This document shows, in pieces, positions 24,035 to 37,500 of a DNA stretch of 64,000 bases. The number at the start of each line of letters is the position of its first letter. Positions within the stretch are counted from its first letter, which is position 1. Below the pieces are notes generated by a model. The model made no database searches. It was not told the origin of the DNA and saw only the letters and a list, made by a program, of their open reading frames with translations. Both the position numbers and the translations under genes were made by a program. The stretch is from Takakia lepidozioides (lineage: Eukaryota > Plantae > Bryophyta): contig CM060733.1 of the NCBI GenBank assembly GCA_030704615.1, forward strand, positions 71,672,001-71,736,000, given 5' to 3'.

Positions 24035-24380
24035 TGTTAGAGGGCTGTCTGGGACTTAGACACTTTTATGGGCTCTGTTGGGTACCCTTAATTTTTGCGC
24101 AGACTTACGGATGGTAGACTTAGACCAACAGAGGCCTTAGGGGTGACAGGCACAAGCTTTAGGGGTGGTAGACGGCTTACACACTCAGTCACAGTCTTAC
24201 ACAGTCGTACACAGCCTATTATAGTCTATCACAGCCCGACACAGCACGACACAGCTCGACACAGCTTTACAGCCAGTCACAGCTCAGCACAGTCACAGCC
24301 CGACACAGCTTGGCACAGCCCGTCACAGCGTACGTAGGGAACGGTTATCATTGGCAGGGAACGACTGTGTGGGAACGACA
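24035..24380 (+). repeat. 5' LTR of gypsy element A
   Basis: TGTTAGAGGG...GGGAACGACA; homologous to 30647-31041 (inverted) and 62851-63200; internal CACAG decamer repeats. Confidence 0.85.
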
Positions 24381-25927
24381 TCTGCAGAGGGAACGTGTTT
24401 ACTTCTTGAGATGACAGTTACTTAGTTAGGCGGTTAGAACAGCTTGCGGGTAGATTAGGCAGAGTAGCAACTTGGAGAAGGGGGCACTTCTTGATCATCA
24501 GCGGAGGAGAACAGCGGAGAACAAGAACTGGAGCAAGGATGGAGAGTACAGTGATGGAGGGGACACTATCTGCTGATGTTTGATGAATGCAAGCTGTAGA
24601 GTTAGACTGTAGAGTGAATTAGGGACACCATGGCTTCGGCCTGATACATGACAAATCTTAATCTGACACCTATTCGATACAATCACACTGTGTAGAGAGA
24701 CTTGAGTGAAGCTGTGGAATGAATGGATGAGTGAATGGAACCTGAAAGATTACTGAAGCAATTTGATGCCTAAGTATACACAACAAGGTAATTTGTTAAC
24801 ATGAAAGCAAGAAGAAATACAAACAGGAAGCACAACCATGATACACTAGCTATAGGTCATGACTGATTGTTCTGACCGGGCTGAGTGCTTAGAGATATCC
24901 AACTCTTCTATCTTGGAGTTTCCACCTCGGATAGCAAAGGGATGGGTGAGTAAAAACCGCTCGATATTTGGCGACCATACTGGGGAACTGGGTCAATGTG
25001 ACAGGCATCTGGTGGGATCATGGTGGTTGGAGAATTAAAGAATTTGATGTGAATCAAATTCCCGTGGAAATGAGAAAGAAAGGTTGTCCAAGCAATTCTT
25101 TCAGAGATTCTTGGAATTGTCAGACGGTTGCAAGGAAAACATTCTTAAGAGAGTGCATGATGCAGATCCTTAGTGGGGTCTAGAGAAAGGAGTGATAAAG
25201 ATTTATCAAGTGGCCTGTAGAGGAAGAGCAAGTTGGTTACCAACGCTGGTTTATGTGATAGCGTTGCTATCCATTAAACGAGTGGAGTTTGAAGGCTGGG
25301 AGGTACGGAAAGTGAATATTCACACTCATATGCATGAAGAACTTGTACTGGTAATTGGATTCCCAAGGATATCTTGTGGATCAAACTTACACCAAGAACA
25401 GCTTTCCAAACGTGTTTGCCATATGTTTATATGGTAACAGAGACTTCTAGTATAGCCAAGGGTGCATTGAAGCTTGAAAGAAATCCAGGCATATACGAGA
25501 GATACTACAGGAGAGAGTTTTGGTTATTGCCTCATTGAAAATATGAAAGACATGGGACATGAGTGATGAAAGAGAAGCTAGACTTCACAGATATTCCGCA
25601 AAAAGGGAAAGTTATTTGAAAGCTAATTATCCATATCTTTGGGAGAGAGGAATAGATATAGGAGAATCATCTGGACCTCTCACATCATTAAGATCAGAGA
25701 GTACATCACCCATACCAGAAGAACCAGAGTTGGATGCCACTCCTTCTTATTCTTTATAAGAAAGATTAAGGGATTTGGTGGAGGAAGAAGATCAGCCACG
25801 AGGGGAGAGATCTGAGGTACATCCCTGGATAAAAGATTTGACATAAATCTTTGTTAAGAGTTGGCATGGGACACCAAAGGCAGGAACTCCAGTTTTTGAA
25901 TCACAAGTTAAAGAGGGAGAGGAAGAT

Positions 25928-27490
25928 GTGGCAGAGCCAACGGAGAGTTCAGACTCTCCAACACCACTGCAATTGAGTTACATGAGTGAAGAAGAGGAAA
26001 TCCAAGAGAAGAACTTGGAAGATGAAAACAGAGAGAAGAATTTGAAAGATGAGGAGTATGAAGAAGTAGACTCAACAGTTGAGGTTGAGACTACAACCAG
26101 GACATCCCAACCTGTTGGACCTGCATCAAGTGGAGCACTTGGATCACAGGCCAACGAAGGTGTCGGTTCAGGGGGATCAGGCGGGCGGCTTGGATTTGGC
26201 TCTGGGGGGACAGGGAGTGTGGGAAGTAGTGCAACTGGAGCTGGGGATACTGTGAATATAGTGGGGCCAGTAGCAGAGAGTGCTCAAGGGCCAACACTTG
26301 GTGGGAGTTCCACCACTACTACAACAGGTCCCCGAGGACCAACACCAACAGGAGGACCAACACCTGTCAGTGGGCAGGGTGTAGGGCCACAGATGGCGGT
26401 ACCTCCAACACGGGCAAAACCACCTTTTCCAATATATGCAGGAAAAAGGGATCATGATGTACACATCAGCCAATTTGAGCACATGTGTATTGTGAACAAT
26501 GAGAATGGCGATGATGCCAAGATGAGACTATTTCCTTGTTCACTTATAAAGAAAGCAAGTGAATGGTATGCAAGATTCCCTGATAATCATTTCCTAACCT
26601 GGAATGGCCTTAGTACAGCATTCCGAAATAGGTTCAGGACAAGCAAAACTGAGGATGAAGTGTATGGGGCTTTACAACAATTAAAGCAAAAGAAGCATGA
26701 AACTGTTGAAGAGTATATGAAAAAGATGGAATTGATGATGAAAAAAATGGTTGCTGTGCCAGCACCAGGGTTACAGAAGACCTGGTTTGTGAGTGGATTA
26801 AGATCTGAATTACAAAAGAAAGTGGATATGCTACCCCATAATACAATGGAGGAGGCATTTGAAACAGCCAATAGAATTGAGCAATTGGGAATGCTCAGGA
26901 GAGAGAAAAGGGATGATGAGGACTCTGAAGATGAGGAAGAAGAGCAAGAGCTAAGGAGGAAGAATAAGAAGAAGGAAAAGTTGAAGAGGGATAACTATGA
27001 GAAAAGATTGGAAGAAATCTTGAAGAAGTATGCCACAGAGGCTGTAACACATTGGAGGAAGGGTGTTTGGTGTGCAAAATGCCAGAATGAAGGCCATATC
27101 ACAGCTGAATGCCACATAAAGGAGAAACACTGTACTATCTGTAAAATGGATAACCATTCTACTGAGAATTGTTATTACAACAGAAGGACAGCTGCAAGAG
27201 AACCTAGGCAAGTAAGGGTGCATCAAGTGCAGCCCCAGCCAACAAGAACAATGATCAGGACCACTATGGAAGGCCTGGTGGTTATAACAATGGTATGGCA
27301 GGGAGGGATAATCCAAGAGGAAATTACCAAGGCAATCCCAGAGGCAACTATCAGGGTAATCCAAGGGGGAATTACCAGCCAGGGAATCAGGATTATAGAA
27401 ACAATCCCAAGCAGACCAAGGGTGAGGACATAATGGGGAAGAACTGTGTTACTATTGTAATCAGGCAGGACATCGCAAGGCAGCCTGTCC
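25928..27490 (+). pseudogene. gag of element A
   Basis: LFPCSL..ASEWY..TWNGL..F..F, LKQ..ETVEEY, FVSGLR; CAKCQNEGHITAEC, CTICKMDNHSTENC, and frameshifted CYYCNQAGHRKAAC. Confidence 0.88.
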
Positions 27491-27623
27491 ATTCTGGATC
27501 AGACACCAGAATGAGATGAGAGCTCCTGTGAGGTGGCAGCTCACATGGTTAGGCCATGTTTTGTACCAGAAGTAAGTACAATGATAGTAACCAGAAGCAA
27601 AACTAAACTAATACCTCCAGTGG

Positions 27624-30600
27624 ATGAGGAAGAATAATAATGAGGATGGCAATGATGTGCCTGAAGATGATGAGGCTTGGAGAGATGAGAAGGAACTACA
27701 CAGGGAAGTGGCTGACACCATAAGGAAAATGCAGAAGAATACTGATATCCCTATGGCAGATATTTCTGACTCTGATAGAGAAGATGGAGAGGGTGAAGAG
27801 GAAGTGAAGAAAGAAGCTGCACAAGTGCAGAGTAATGAAGGGACTTTGGCTGAAGTAATATGTCAGACCAAAGCTGAGATTACCATTAGACAGTTATTGG
27901 CTGTGGCACCTCATTGTAGGCACAGGCTGTATCAAGCAATTAATCAGATTGCTCATGTGACAGAGAACACAGACCTGAACAACAAGTTGACAAGTTATAA
28001 TGTGAGGCCTGAAGGGCGAGAAACAGTCATGGACTTTGATGATTCTATGCCAGTAATCCAATTGAGAATTGGAAACACAAACTTGACTGATGTACTGATA
28101 GATGAAGGCTCGGGAGTGAATATTATGACACACCAATTAAGGCAGAAGCTTGGTCTGAGTAACATGAAACCAGCCCCATTTACAGTAACAATGGCAGATC
28201 AAAGGAGTGTACAGCCTTTAGGCTTGATAAGAGGAGTAAAGATACAGATCCAAGAGATGATTTTTAAGATCACAGTGACTGTGTTGAAAATGGATGATAT
28301 CATGGAAGCTTACTCCTTATTGCTGGGTCGACCATGGCTGAAACAGGCCAGGGTATTCCATGACTGGAATTCCCAGTTACTGACTGTGCATGATGGGAAG
28401 CACAAGATACAGGTCACCACTAAGAAGTCTAGTAGGCTACTCGCTACCATAAGACCTCGTGGAGTCAGAGAGTATGACTGGAGGGGAGGACTTGATGAGG
28501 AGCAGGAAACTACCCTGTTTGTTGCGCACCTAGAGTAGGAGCAGGTTGCAGAAATGCAACTGGGAGGCCTGAGTTGTTTTAAAGGGATCTGCTGTGGTGC
28601 AGTAACAACAACACCAATTGAGGGGGAAACAAGTAGTTACCCACCACATTTCTATGAGGAAAGTGAGGGAGAAATGGAAATCCTAGAAGAATCAACCACT
28701 GTGAGCTTACAAGATGAAGTAGTGGCTGGATGGACAATCACAGCTGAAGAGCAGGTGAGAGACGTGAATGTGGGAACTGAGGAGGAACCAAGAATGGTGA
28801 AAGTAGGGGCTGACTTGGAGCCAGAATTCTTTGAGGAGGCTAAGAGCCTGTTTATCAAATACAAAGATGTATTTGCATGGAGCTATGAGGATCTGAAATG
28901 GATACCCCCTGAGATTTGTCAGCATAAGATTGAACTAGAACGAGGGTCAGTACCAATCAAACAGGCAAGGTACAGGATGAATCCCAACTATGCACAGAAG
29001 GTTGGGGAAGAGATCAAGAAGTTGGCTGAGGCTAAGTTCATATACCCAATAGAGTATACAACTTGGTTGTCACCCATTGTGATAGTTCCCAAGAAGAATG
29101 GCAAATTGAGAGTTTGTGTGAACTATGAGAAGTTATTCGTTTGTACAAAGAAAGATTTTTTTCCTTTGCCATTCACAGAAGCGGTACTGGACACTATGGC
29201 AGGCCATGAGTTGTACTGATTCATGGATGGCATCAGTGGGTATAACCAAGTGCAAGTGGCAGAAGAAGACCAAGGAAAGACAGCTTTCATCACAGACTGG
29301 GGTGCTTATGCATACAAAGTCATGCCTTTTGGACTCTGTAATGCACCAGCAACTTTTCAGAGAGTGATAAGGAGGTTCCTTGGACAAACTACTTATTATA
29401 GAAGGTTTGTCAAACGATATGCACAAATGGCAACACCATTGAGCAAGCTTTTGAAGAAGGATGCAGTATTTGCATGGACAGCTGAATGTCAACAGGCATT
29501 TGAGGCACTTACATTGTCAGTAACAACTACACCTATGCTGATTAATCCACATTGGCATATAGTATTTCATGTACACTGTGATGTCTCAGGAGAAGCATTG
29601 GGAGCTGTGTTAGCCCAAAATGTCACAGGAAACATAGATTCACATGTGTACTATGCTAGCAGGTTGTTGAACAGTGCTAAAAGGAACTATAGCACAACTG
29701 AAAGAGAAGCATTGGCAATGATTTATGCAGTCAAGAAATTCATGCATTACCTATTGGGAAGGAAGTTTATGTTTTATGTGGATCATCAGGCTTTGATTTA
29801 TCTGGTGAATAAACCTTTGATAAGTAGCAGGATAGCAAGATGGTTAATAATCTTGCATGAGTTTGAATTCGAAGTTGTTTACAAGCCTGGCCGTTTGCAT
29901 CTTGTGGCTGATCACTTGTTACGCCTATCAACAGGAGAGCCCGCCACGGGAGTAGATGACCAATTACCTGATGCGAGTCTATTTGCAATGGAGGTGCAGG
30001 GAAGTGCAGATGATTGGTTAGATTGGCAGTAGCCAATTAGATACTACCTTATTCATGGTTAGTGCCCACCCAGTTATGGGAAGGAACAGAGGAAGAGAAT
30101 AGCTATCAAGGCTTTACCCTACACTATGATAGGTGGCAGATTGTATAAGCTAGGACCTGATGGAGTTCTTAAATGATGCTTGTACCACCATGAAGTAAAT
30201 AAAGTTTTGGAAGAAGTTCATAAAGAAGTGGCTGGAGGTCATTTTGGAGAGGAGACTACCAGCAGAAAAATACTACTTGCAGGTTACTGGTGGCCTACTA
30301 TGTTCAAAGATGTACACAAATATTGCAAGAGTTGTGATGAGTGTTAGAGGCTAGGACCTTGCAAAGATCTGGGAAGATGGCTTTGCATCCGACGATGCCT
30401 ACTGAACCATTTCAGAAATGGGGACTAAACTTTGTTGGACCAATAAACCCACCAGCCAGAAATACACAGAACAAATATATAATCACAGCCACTGATTATA
30501 CTACAAAGTGGGTGGAAGCTAAAGCTCTGAGGGACAACACAGCTAAGTTTACAGCAAGGTTTATGTATGAGAATATACTTACAAGATTTGGCTGTACCCT

Positions 30601-30646
30601 GGAATTTATCAGTGACCAGGGAAGTCACTTCATTAATGAGACTAGA
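27624..30646 (+). pseudogene. pol of element A (PR-RT-RH-IN) with a 279-bp deletion removing the RT LDD motif
   Basis: MPFGLCNAPATFQRVI is joined directly to RRFLGQTTYY; the missing segment is present in copy B (48606-48888). Confidence 0.9.
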
Positions 30647-31041
30647 TGTCATTCCCACACAGACATTCTCGGCATGGTAACCGTTCCCTACGTACATTGT
30701 GACGGGTTGTGCCAAGCTGTGTCGGGTTGTGACTGTGTCGAGCTGTGACTGGCTGTGTCGGACTGTGTCGGGCTGTGATTGGCTGTGTGAAGCTGTGTCG
30801 GGTTGTGACTGACTGTGTCGGCTGTGACAAGTTGTGTCAGGCTGTGATAGACTGTGATAGGCTGTGTATGACTGTGTAAGGCTGTGACTGAGTGTGTAAG
30901 CCTGTCTACCACCCCTACAGCCTGTGCCTGTCACTCCTAAGGCCTCTGTTGGTCTAAGTCTACCATCCGTAAGTCTGCGCAAAATTAAGGGTACCCCACA
31001 GAACCCGTAAAAGTGTCTAAATCCCAGACAACCCTCTAACA
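30647..31041 (-). repeat. 3' LTR of gypsy element B, with polypurine tract at 31042-31058
   Basis: Reverse strand reads GAGAGGGGGAGGGGTAA then TGTTAGAGGG...GGGAATGACA. Confidence 0.88.
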
Positions 31042-31079
31042 TTACCCCTCCCCCTCTCAAAAAGCCGTGTCCTCACGGT

Positions 31080-34000
31080 TTATTGTTTAGGATCAGCAAA
31101 CCTTTGTGAGCGAGCACCTTTCGGTCGGTGAGAGTCCTTTGGAGGGCTCTGTGTGCGAGCCTGAGCCCTGTCACTGGTTGGTGGAGATGACTGCTCCCCA
31201 CATGGAAATGTCTGTCCCTCCTTTGGTTGATAACGAGGTAACTTCTCAGGCATAGGAGATCCCCGTCGTTTCTTCTCCGCCATTTGCACTGCATAGTCCT
31301 CCGCCATATCAAAATTGCCCTCCACAGAACCAGTAGTATCAGAATCGTCTTCCCCCCTGTGGACTTTTGGTGCCCTGACCTTCTTGGGAATCCTGCGTGG
31401 CATACAGTGTTGGCCCACCATGTCTGGTAGCTTAAACTGTACTACTTGCATCAATCGCTTGCAAGCAAAATGAGTGTATTCCCTGAATTCCTTGTCCGTA
31501 TAGGTGAGAGGTGTGCCAATGACTTTGGAACAGTGTAAGTATTTCCAGGCTTCATGTCCATTATAAAAAATATCATCCAATTTTTCTTTGGTCAAGTTGG
31601 TCCAAGCCAAATTAAACCATGAACGAAGTTGGGAATTCTTCTGCAACATGATTTTCGCATCATACAGATACATATGGGGTGGAACTGAAGGTAAGACCCA
31701 ATGATCCCCAGTAGAAAAACTCAAAAATCTTGACTGCATCTTCTGCTGCTCAATGTGATAACGTGCAATGAAACAAGCAGCATAGTATAATCCAAAGCCC
31801 ATGACCAAACTAGATCTCCTTGGTCTTGGTGTAGATGTACCCATAAACAACCAGGAAGGCAATTAATTCCTTCAGCATGGTGCCTGCCCCAGACCAGTAC
31901 CTTGCAAAATGATGATCCTCAATGGGCCGATTGTTCGGAAGAACCTTAGTCCGAGTTGCCACTAGCAACCAAATGCGCATGATCTGGTAATAATGTGCCA
32001 AAGACTGTGGAGGACTGAATTCCTTCCAAGCCAAATCCATCACAATGGGAATTTGATTGAAGGGCATAATCATAGCCCGATTGTACTCAAGTGCAGCAGG
32101 AGTCCTAGGTGGGTTAAAAGCAGCATCCCCCCAAACCTCAGACTGTGGCATTGCCATGGTATCAACAGTGTCAGCCACTTGCACAGCCACCTGCTGTGGG
32201 GGCTGTGATATTGCTGCCACTGTCCCTCCTATTGTTGGCAAGTCTTGCACCTCCTGTGATGAAGACTGAAAAATCAGAGTCATGGCATGCAAATAAGTAG
32301 CCACCAGCTGCTCCTCAGGAACAAAGACTCTTTTGTCAATGTTGGAACTCAAGTCATCCACTTGAGTCTGCAGCCCTTCTACATCATCCTGTAACTCCGC
32401 TATCCTACTATAGACATTGTCTATAGTAGTTGTGGCAATGTTTTGCACCTGCAACCTAAGATCATTCATCTCCCCCTGGGTGAGCTTCCTTGGTGTCTTC
32501 CCTTCCACCGGCCCTTGTGTTAACCATACTTGCATAAGATGATTATCCACCAAGTCTTGGGTAGCACCCCGGAGATCCTACTCCTCCTTGAGTCTATACT
32601 TGTCCAACTGCTGCTGTAAGGCCTCCATGCGCTTTGCATGAGGTTCAACCAGAGCGGCATAGGCAGCAGACAAATTATTGGCTTCTTTCCAAGCCTTGTT
32701 AGCCACAGAGAGATCATTCTTTTGGCCCGTGAGTGTTTGCTGCAACTCCAGGATGTACCTTTCCTTCTCAGCCTCAATTTGACTGTATTGTTGGAAGGTA
32801 TCCTCATTGCGACGGATAGTAGCCTTCAAATCAGCAATGAGTTTCCCTTGCTCCACTGTCTCAGCCTCCACCATTATACACCTCTATGCTTGTCTGTTAA
32901 CTTCTAATGCAGTTTGCTGCAGAGCAGTTGTTAGTGTGGCACATTGGATGGTCATTTTCTGATGAACTGCCTCTAGCTCTGTATGAAGCACCTTCACTTC
33001 CTGCAATTTGCCCTCATTCTTCACCTGCAACTGGTATAGCTGTTGCTTATATACTTCATGCAACTTCTCCTGCTCCAGACCCGCTTCAATCAGATTCCCC
33101 TTTGCTAGTTGCAGGGCAGTCTTCGTGTCCTCCAACTCTTTCTGCAACTTGAGGTTGGCCTCCACATCCACCTTGTTTGCACACTCGGTGGCAATTCTAG
33201 CCTCAAACTCCTGCTTGAGTTCCTCCCTCAAAGCTGTCAATTGTGTGGATAGAACATGGGATTTCACATAAGTGCCCAACAAATTGAGTGTCCGGCTTAT
33301 GGAACTCATAAGCATGGCCTGCTGTGGGTCTTGGGGTATGAGACTTGTTGATGGTCCCCCTGATTCTCCATAGTATGATGTTTCACCAACCATTCAGGCC
33401 ATGTTCCCACGAGATCTTCTTCCTGAACGACCTCATTCTCCACAAGTGCTGCAGTGCCCTTACATTCTACCCCTGGAACCTCCTCCACAGGTTCGGGCAT
33501 CACATGCACAGCAGGGATTTCCTTGGTCAAACTCTACATCTTTGGTACCATTGGTTCTCTGACCAAGCCAGAGTTTTCATAGAGAAGGTCACCCTTCTCA
33601 ATTTCTGCCACTACCTGCTCTATAGTAGGAATGTCTAACCCTTCTCCTTCCACAGCAATAGGCTCTGGTGTAACAGCATGTACTATCTGAGTTACCCCTG
33701 GGACAGTTGAGTCAACTAGTTGTGGTGGCTATGGTACTGAGGTGACTTCTTCCTCCCTCTCCAAAGGCCGTGCCTCCAACAATAATAACCCCTGTGCTGG
33801 TGTTCCTCATCCTGTACAAGAGCTATGGAAACATCATCTTGCGGTTTCCTTGAAGCTAGTGGATCTGCCACTACAGTCGTATCCCGCTGCTGTCTCTTGG
33901 ATTGGTGTTGCCCCTCCAATCCTCCTTCACCATGTGAAGAGCCTTGCTCCTCAATTACAGTGGTTGATGTCTCAAACACTCCCATCTCCTTGCGTTCACG

Positions 34001-34597
34001 CGCATCAAGCAAACAAGAGTCAAGAATAATTTGAGCAATTATTGGCCCAGACACAATGATCGGGGACTTAGCAGCAGTGTCTTGTAACCACTTCATCTCT
34101 TCCACCAGACCATTGTATATCAACTCCGCCCAAGCCACATCCTCTCCCCTCAAGGCTTTCAGTATCTCCTCCGTGAATGATCTGCTAAGGTACTGTTGGT
34201 TCTGCTTCATGGCAAACAGAACGTTCAGTATTTGGCCAACTTCCCTTAACCCTGGGTACTCGGCCTTGGTGCAGGTGTATCCTTGAGTCTTAAAGAAACT
34301 CGTTTCTTGGAACAAATTCCCTATTTGCAATCTTGCCCTGTGTTCATCCACATTCACATGCCCAGATGGCAATTCAAACAATTGATGCAAGTACTGGGGA
34401 ATAATCTCTATATCTACTCCCCTCACCTGTGTAACTCTTGTCCGGGGCTCCAAGTTCTGAATGAATTGAATCATGTACTTCCGATGATGCAAGGACCATT
34501 CCTTGTGCAGCAGCCCTTCCAATCGCAACTCCTTCAGTAGCTGCACTGCCTGTGGTGTAGCAATTGTTTGCTTCTCCAGAATCGTGGTGCTCTTCAC
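31080..34597 (-). pseudogene. Extra post-pol ORF(s) of element B (coiled-coil-rich, function unknown)
   Basis: Chain of sense-strand ORFs 33716-34597, 33306-33530, 32884-33393, 32578-32874, 31810-32553 and 31080-31862, probably one frameshifted gene. Its C-terminus is homologous to 51330-52090. Confidence 0.65.
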
Positions 34598-37500
34598 CCT
34601 GATATCCTCCCATTCCCCTAATTCTCTTCATCCCAGACAAGCAAGAAGGCCTTGTTTGAAATAGCTATAGCAGGGCATAGAGCATAAAGGTATGGTTGGT
34701 ATAGAAAGGAACGGGTAAGTGCATGTAAGCCTGTGGGGCTTGCAGATAGTGGGTAAGAGAGAATGTCCTTTCAACCCGTCCGTCCTTGCGCCACTGCGTG
34801 AGAAGTAAAGCTAGCGTATAGTCTGTAATATTTGCCATAGCTACAAAGCTATACCTTTGATTGCCCTTCCCGTCGAGACGCTGGTTATTCGGAGCCACCC
34901 CGACTCTTCCGCTCATAACTCTTCTAATGTCTTGTTCTTGTTTCTTGGAGGGAACCACCTGCATGAAATTCTCGTTTCGGATTGGTTGTTGCCTCCTCGG
35001 GTAACTTCTAAATTCTACCCCCATCTGCTCACATTCACACCTGGAATGTCCACTAGGACAGCACATGTGGCAAAGGTCCCCCTTTGCTGTACGTGTAAAG
35101 GGTTCCGTTACCCGTTTCCTGGATGCATTAATGGCCCCGCAATTAGTTTCGGCTGCTGTACCGGGTAGGTACTTTGACGGCCCAGTTTGTCTTTTTGCAT
35201 GATGACACCGCTATTGCAGTTCATGCAATGCGGAGCGCTTTGCCCCTTAGGCCACGTGTTCAAATTCAAACACTCTTCCGTCGCCCTCTGTCCGCGTGGC
35301 TTTTTCTCCGAGTTTGACCCCCAAGCTGACCTTACACTTACCGGCCACTTTTCTGACGTTAACCCTCGTCCACCTGTCACTGATCCTATAGACTGTGCAA
35401 CCCGCGTGGGCTGTGTTGGCCTGTGACAGGCTGTGTCAAATTGTGACGAGCTGTGATGGGCTGTGATATGCTGTGTGATGCTATGATGGGCTGTGATAGG
35501 CTGTGTCATACTGTGGTGGGCTGTGATAAGCTATGTTAAGCTGTGGTGGGCTGTGATAATTGTGCGAACACCCGTGTTCTCCGCTCAGGCCACACACATT
35601 CGGCTTTACGACAAGTGTTTCATGCTCCGTTGGTATCACTGGTGTAGGCTGTGATGGCATCTGTGTTTCAAAATGCAAATCATGCTGCAATGATTTGTCA
35701 TGGATACCACTGTATCCCTTCAACTTATTGGCATTGACTCTTACAAGCATCTCTTTGTTAATGGTTTGTAACATGGCTGTGTTGTTATCATACATCTTCT
35801 TTATGACATAAGGTCCTTTCCATGGTGACTTAAGCTTAGAAGCTTTAATCTTTCCCTTCTTCTGCAACTATAGAACCAAATCACCCGTCTTAAAAGTTTT
35901 CAATTTACCGTCATCAAATTGATCCTTCCTCTTCATCTGAATTCTGGTCATGTTATCTGTTGCATCAGCACGTATTTCTTCCACATGATATAATTCATGT
36001 TTCTTGACTTTAATTGAATCCTCCAATTCCATTCTCCTTCCCCATTCAGTTCTCATGGTAGGTAATAAGAATTCAACTGGAAGTAAAGCTTTCATACCAT
36101 AAACTAGTTGGAATGGTGTATACTTAGTGGTGACTTTATATGAAGTCCTGTATCCCAATCCGTTCTGTTTGCATTGACTATCTTAGCCAAAATAGTGCAT
36201 AGTATTTTGTTGGTGGCCTCTGCCTGCCCATTACCCTATGGGTAATAGGTTGTACTCTTCCTGTGCACAATCATGAACTCTTTAGTCAATAGTTCTATGG
36301 TCTCATTAATGAAGTGACTTCCCTGGTCACTGATAAATTCCAGGGTACAGCCAAATCTTGTAAGTATATTCTCATACAGAAACCTTGCTGTAAACTTAGC
36401 TGTGTTGTCCCTCAGAGCTTTAGCTTCCACCCACTTTGTAGTATAATCAGTGGCTGTGATTATATATTTGTTCTGTGTATTTCTGGCTGGTGGGTTTATT
36501 GGTCCAACAAAGTCTAGTCCCCATTTCTGAAATGGTTCAGTAGGCATCGTCGGATGCAAAGCCATCTTCCCAGATCTTTGCAAAGGTCCTAGCCTCTAAC
36601 ACTCATCACAACTCTTGCAATATTTGTGTACATCTTTGAACATAGTAGGCCACCAGTAACCTGCAAGTAGTATTTTTCTGCTGGTAATCTCCTCTCCAAA
36701 ATGACCTCCAGCCACTCCTTTATGAATTTCTTCCAAAACTTTATTTACTTCATGGTGGTACAAGCATCATTTAAGAACTCCATCAGGTCCTAGCTTATAC
36801 AATCTGCCACCTATCATAGTGTAGGGTAAAGCCTTGATAGCTATTCTCTTCCTCTGTTCCTTCCCATAACTGGGTGGGCACTGACCATGAATAAGGTAGT
36901 ATCTAATTGGCCACTGCCAATCTAACCAATCATCTGCACTTCCCTGCACCTCCACTGCAAATAGACTCGCATCAGGTAATTGGTCATCTCCTCCCGTGGC
37001 GGACTCTCCTGTTGATAGGCGTAACAAGTGATCTGCCACAAGATGCAAACGGCCAGGCCTGTAAACAACTTCGAATTCAAACTCGTGCAAGATTATTAAC
37101 CATCTTGTTATCCTGCCACTTATCAAAGGTTTGTTCACCAGATAAATCAAAGCCTGATGATCCACATAAAACATAAACTTCCTTCCCAATAGTAATGCAT
37201 GAATTTCTTGACTGCATAAATCATTGCCAATGCTTCTCTTTCAGTTGTGCTATAGTTCTTTTTAGCACTGTTCAACAACCTGCTAGCATAGTACACATGT
37301 AAATCTATGTTTCCTGTGACATTTTCAGGGATGCCTCGGCGTGAGCCTGGTCACGTGAGCGCGTGAGCGCAACTGCGCTCACGCCACGTCACCTTGCGCA
37401 AATGCCACGTCACGGGGCTCAGTCCACGTCATCACACGTGAAGGCCGCGTAACCACGCGCCCAGAAAGAAGTGGAGTGTATTCCCGCGGATTGGCACCCT

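Larger units (their letters stand above)
24035..30646 (+). mobile_element. Ty3/gypsy LTR retrotransposon A (non-chromovirus type), truncated in integrase
   Basis: gag (25928-27490, three CCHC knuckles), protease LIDEGSGVN, RT, RNase H and integrase up to GSHFINET. Multiple stops. Confidence 0.93.
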
